Positions 62,736-64,000 of a DNA stretch of 64,000 nucleotides are shown one piece after another. This DNA comes from Alphaproteobacteria bacterium (GTDB taxonomy: Bacteria; Pseudomonadota; Alphaproteobacteria; Bin95). The stretch lies in assembly GCA_964291285.2 (NCBI GenBank), contig OZ219785.1, forward strand, positions 672,001 through 736,000. Reading direction: 5' to 3'. The translations under genes and the position numbers were made by a program. The first letter of the stretch is position 1. Every line of letters starts with the position of its first letter. Below the pieces are notes generated by a model. It searched no databases and was not told the DNA's origin. It was given only the letters and a program-made list of their open reading frames with translations.

Positions 62736-63356
62736 GTCCGCCGCTGCGGCGTCTTCCCGCCCGCCGCCGTGTCCGCCTGTGCGTGCCAGTGCGGCCAGGG
62801 CTTCGGCTTCCTCCTCCTGGCGTTCCTCTTCGGCTTCGCGGCGGTCCAGCCGTTCGAGCCATGCGTAGAACTCGGGCGTCCTGAGCTTGCCGACATATTT
62901 GCGCCGCCCGTGGTGGTATTCGTCCTCGCTGCCGTCATAGTCGGCCTCGTCGGGGACGAGCGGTCCGAAGCGGCGCTCCTGCTCGGCATACCAGGCGCGG
63001 AACTCGGGGGTCTCCTGGCTGCCGACATAGACCTCGCTGTGGAAGTGGAACTCGTCCTCGCTGCCGTCGTAATCGTCCTCTTCCGGGGGCGGCGGCTCCC
63101 ACGGCTCCTCTTCGGGTTCCGGGGCGGGCGGTTCGGGCAGGTGGGCGCCGGCCCAGTCGAGCAGGGCGAGGAGCTTGTGCAGGTGGTCGAGCTGGGCGCG
63201 GGCGGCGCGGTGGTGGTCGGCGCGGGCGCGGTCGTCGGGGGGCGGGGGCTCCGGGTCCAGGTCTTCGGCATAGGCAGCGGCGAGGGCTTCGGCGGCGGGC
63301 GCGAGCTTTGCGGCGAGCGCCGCCGCCAGTGCGGGCCGGGGGTCGGTTGCGGTCAT
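62700..63356 (-). CDS. Hypothetical acidic 218-aa protein with an internal tandem repeat (ORF of repeat module 3)
   Basis: GAAGGAG SD; two DYDGSEDE..H....YVG...TPEF.AW....(E/D)RR units; stop lies inside the TGTCATG array. Confidence 0.7.
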   Translation of the reverse strand: MTATDPRPALAAALAAKLAPAAEALAAAYAEDLDPEPPPPDDRARADHHRAARAQLDHLHKLLALLDWAGAHLPEPPAPEPEEEPWEPPPPEEDDYDGSEDEFHFHSEVYVGSQETPEFRAWYAEQERRFGPLVPDEADYDGSEDEYHHGRRKYVGKLRTPEFYAWLERLDRREAEEERQEEEAEALAALARTGGHGGGREDAAAADHDMPPPEHDIS

Positions 63357-63374
63357 CCATGTCTCCTTCCGGTC

Positions 63375-63632
63375 CGGGAGCGGCGGACCCTTTGCCGCGC
63401 GCGTTTCGCGTGTGTGCGCGCCTGCGCGTCGGCGCCGGCGCGGTTCGCACGCCTGATTGCGCGCGCGAGGCGGCGGGCGCACGTCTCCCGTCGGTTTCTC
63501 AGGGGGTTTTCGAACATGGCGCCGCCCGGCCATGGCGGCGCCGGAGAAACGGCTTCGGACACCGCCTCTCCGGGTCCTATATCAGTATATTTTCCCTGAT
63601 GTCAAGCGATATCAGGAACAAAAAATGAAAAT
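63375..63632 (-). repeat. Dispersed conserved leader/promoter repeat, copy 3
   Basis: Core at 63436-63510; TGTCAA at 63600; GAAC-N7-GAAA at 63616-63630. Confidence 0.88.
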
Positions 63633-63666
63633 TCTTGGATTTTCACAAAACCCCGGCCGCGCCGGA

Positions 63667-64000
63667 CTACGGCCGGAGGATCAGCCGGCCGGCGGCCTTG
63701 CGGTCCATGATGGCGCGCAGCGCGGCGGGCGCTTCCTCGAGCGGCAGTTCCGAGGAGACATGCGGCCGGATGCGACCGGTAGCGGCCCAGTCCAGCAGCG
63801 CCCCGGCCGAGGCGCGCAGCCGGTCCGGCCGGCGCTTGCGGTAGTTGAAGAGCGCAAGGCGGAGCGCGGCGCGGTTCTTCACCAGCAGGTGGTTGGCCCT
63901 GAAGGCCGGAACCGCCCCGCCCGCGAAGCCGACCACGACATGCCGCCCGCCCCAGCCGAGCGAACGGAAGCTTTCCTCGAAGAGGTCGCCGCCGACGGGG
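63667..64000 (-). CDS. NADPH:quinone oxidoreductase (MDR family), 3' part
   Basis: PVGGDLFEESFRSLGWGGRHVVVGFAGGAVP...LLVKN...DRKAAGRLIL. Confidence 0.85.
   Translation of the reverse strand, partial: PVGGDLFEESFRSLGWGGRHVVVGFAGGAVPAFRANHLLVKNRAALRLALFNYRKRRPDRLRASAGALLDWAATGRIRPHVSSELPLEEAPAALRAIMDRKAAGRLILRP

Overview
High-GC alphaproteobacterial (Rhodospirillales-like, inferred from gene content and order) chromosomal window. Most of it is housekeeping: ltaE, trmFO, grpE-hrcA/rph-rdgB-hemW, uvrD-like helicase, a complete Rrf2-sufBCDSU-sufT-sufA operon, fabG-acpP-fabF-mltG-yicC-gmk, a Gld-like ABC transporter, regB-regA, cca, and a MoxR-DUF58-BatA/DUF4159 cluster. Accessory DNA is concentrated at about 12.7-22.4 kb, 42.0-42.9 kb and 61.2-63.65 kb. 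It comprises an IS701-family element with a passenger gene, tRNA(CAT) followed by an orphan Csx19-like gene, two inverted copies of one IS3-family element, an IS1634 element, a decayed vapC and an orphan IS630-type HTH gene. The most unusual signal is a dispersed module present three times on the minus strand: LexA-like box and TTGACA, then a conserved hairpin-rich leader, a strong Shine-Dalgarno and a variable small ORF, ending (in two copies) in arrays of TGTCATG phased at 10 bp. Both IS3 copies end exactly 6 bp before the first TGTCATG of an array, which suggests targeted insertion. All family assignments come from motif recognition by eye; no database searches were run.
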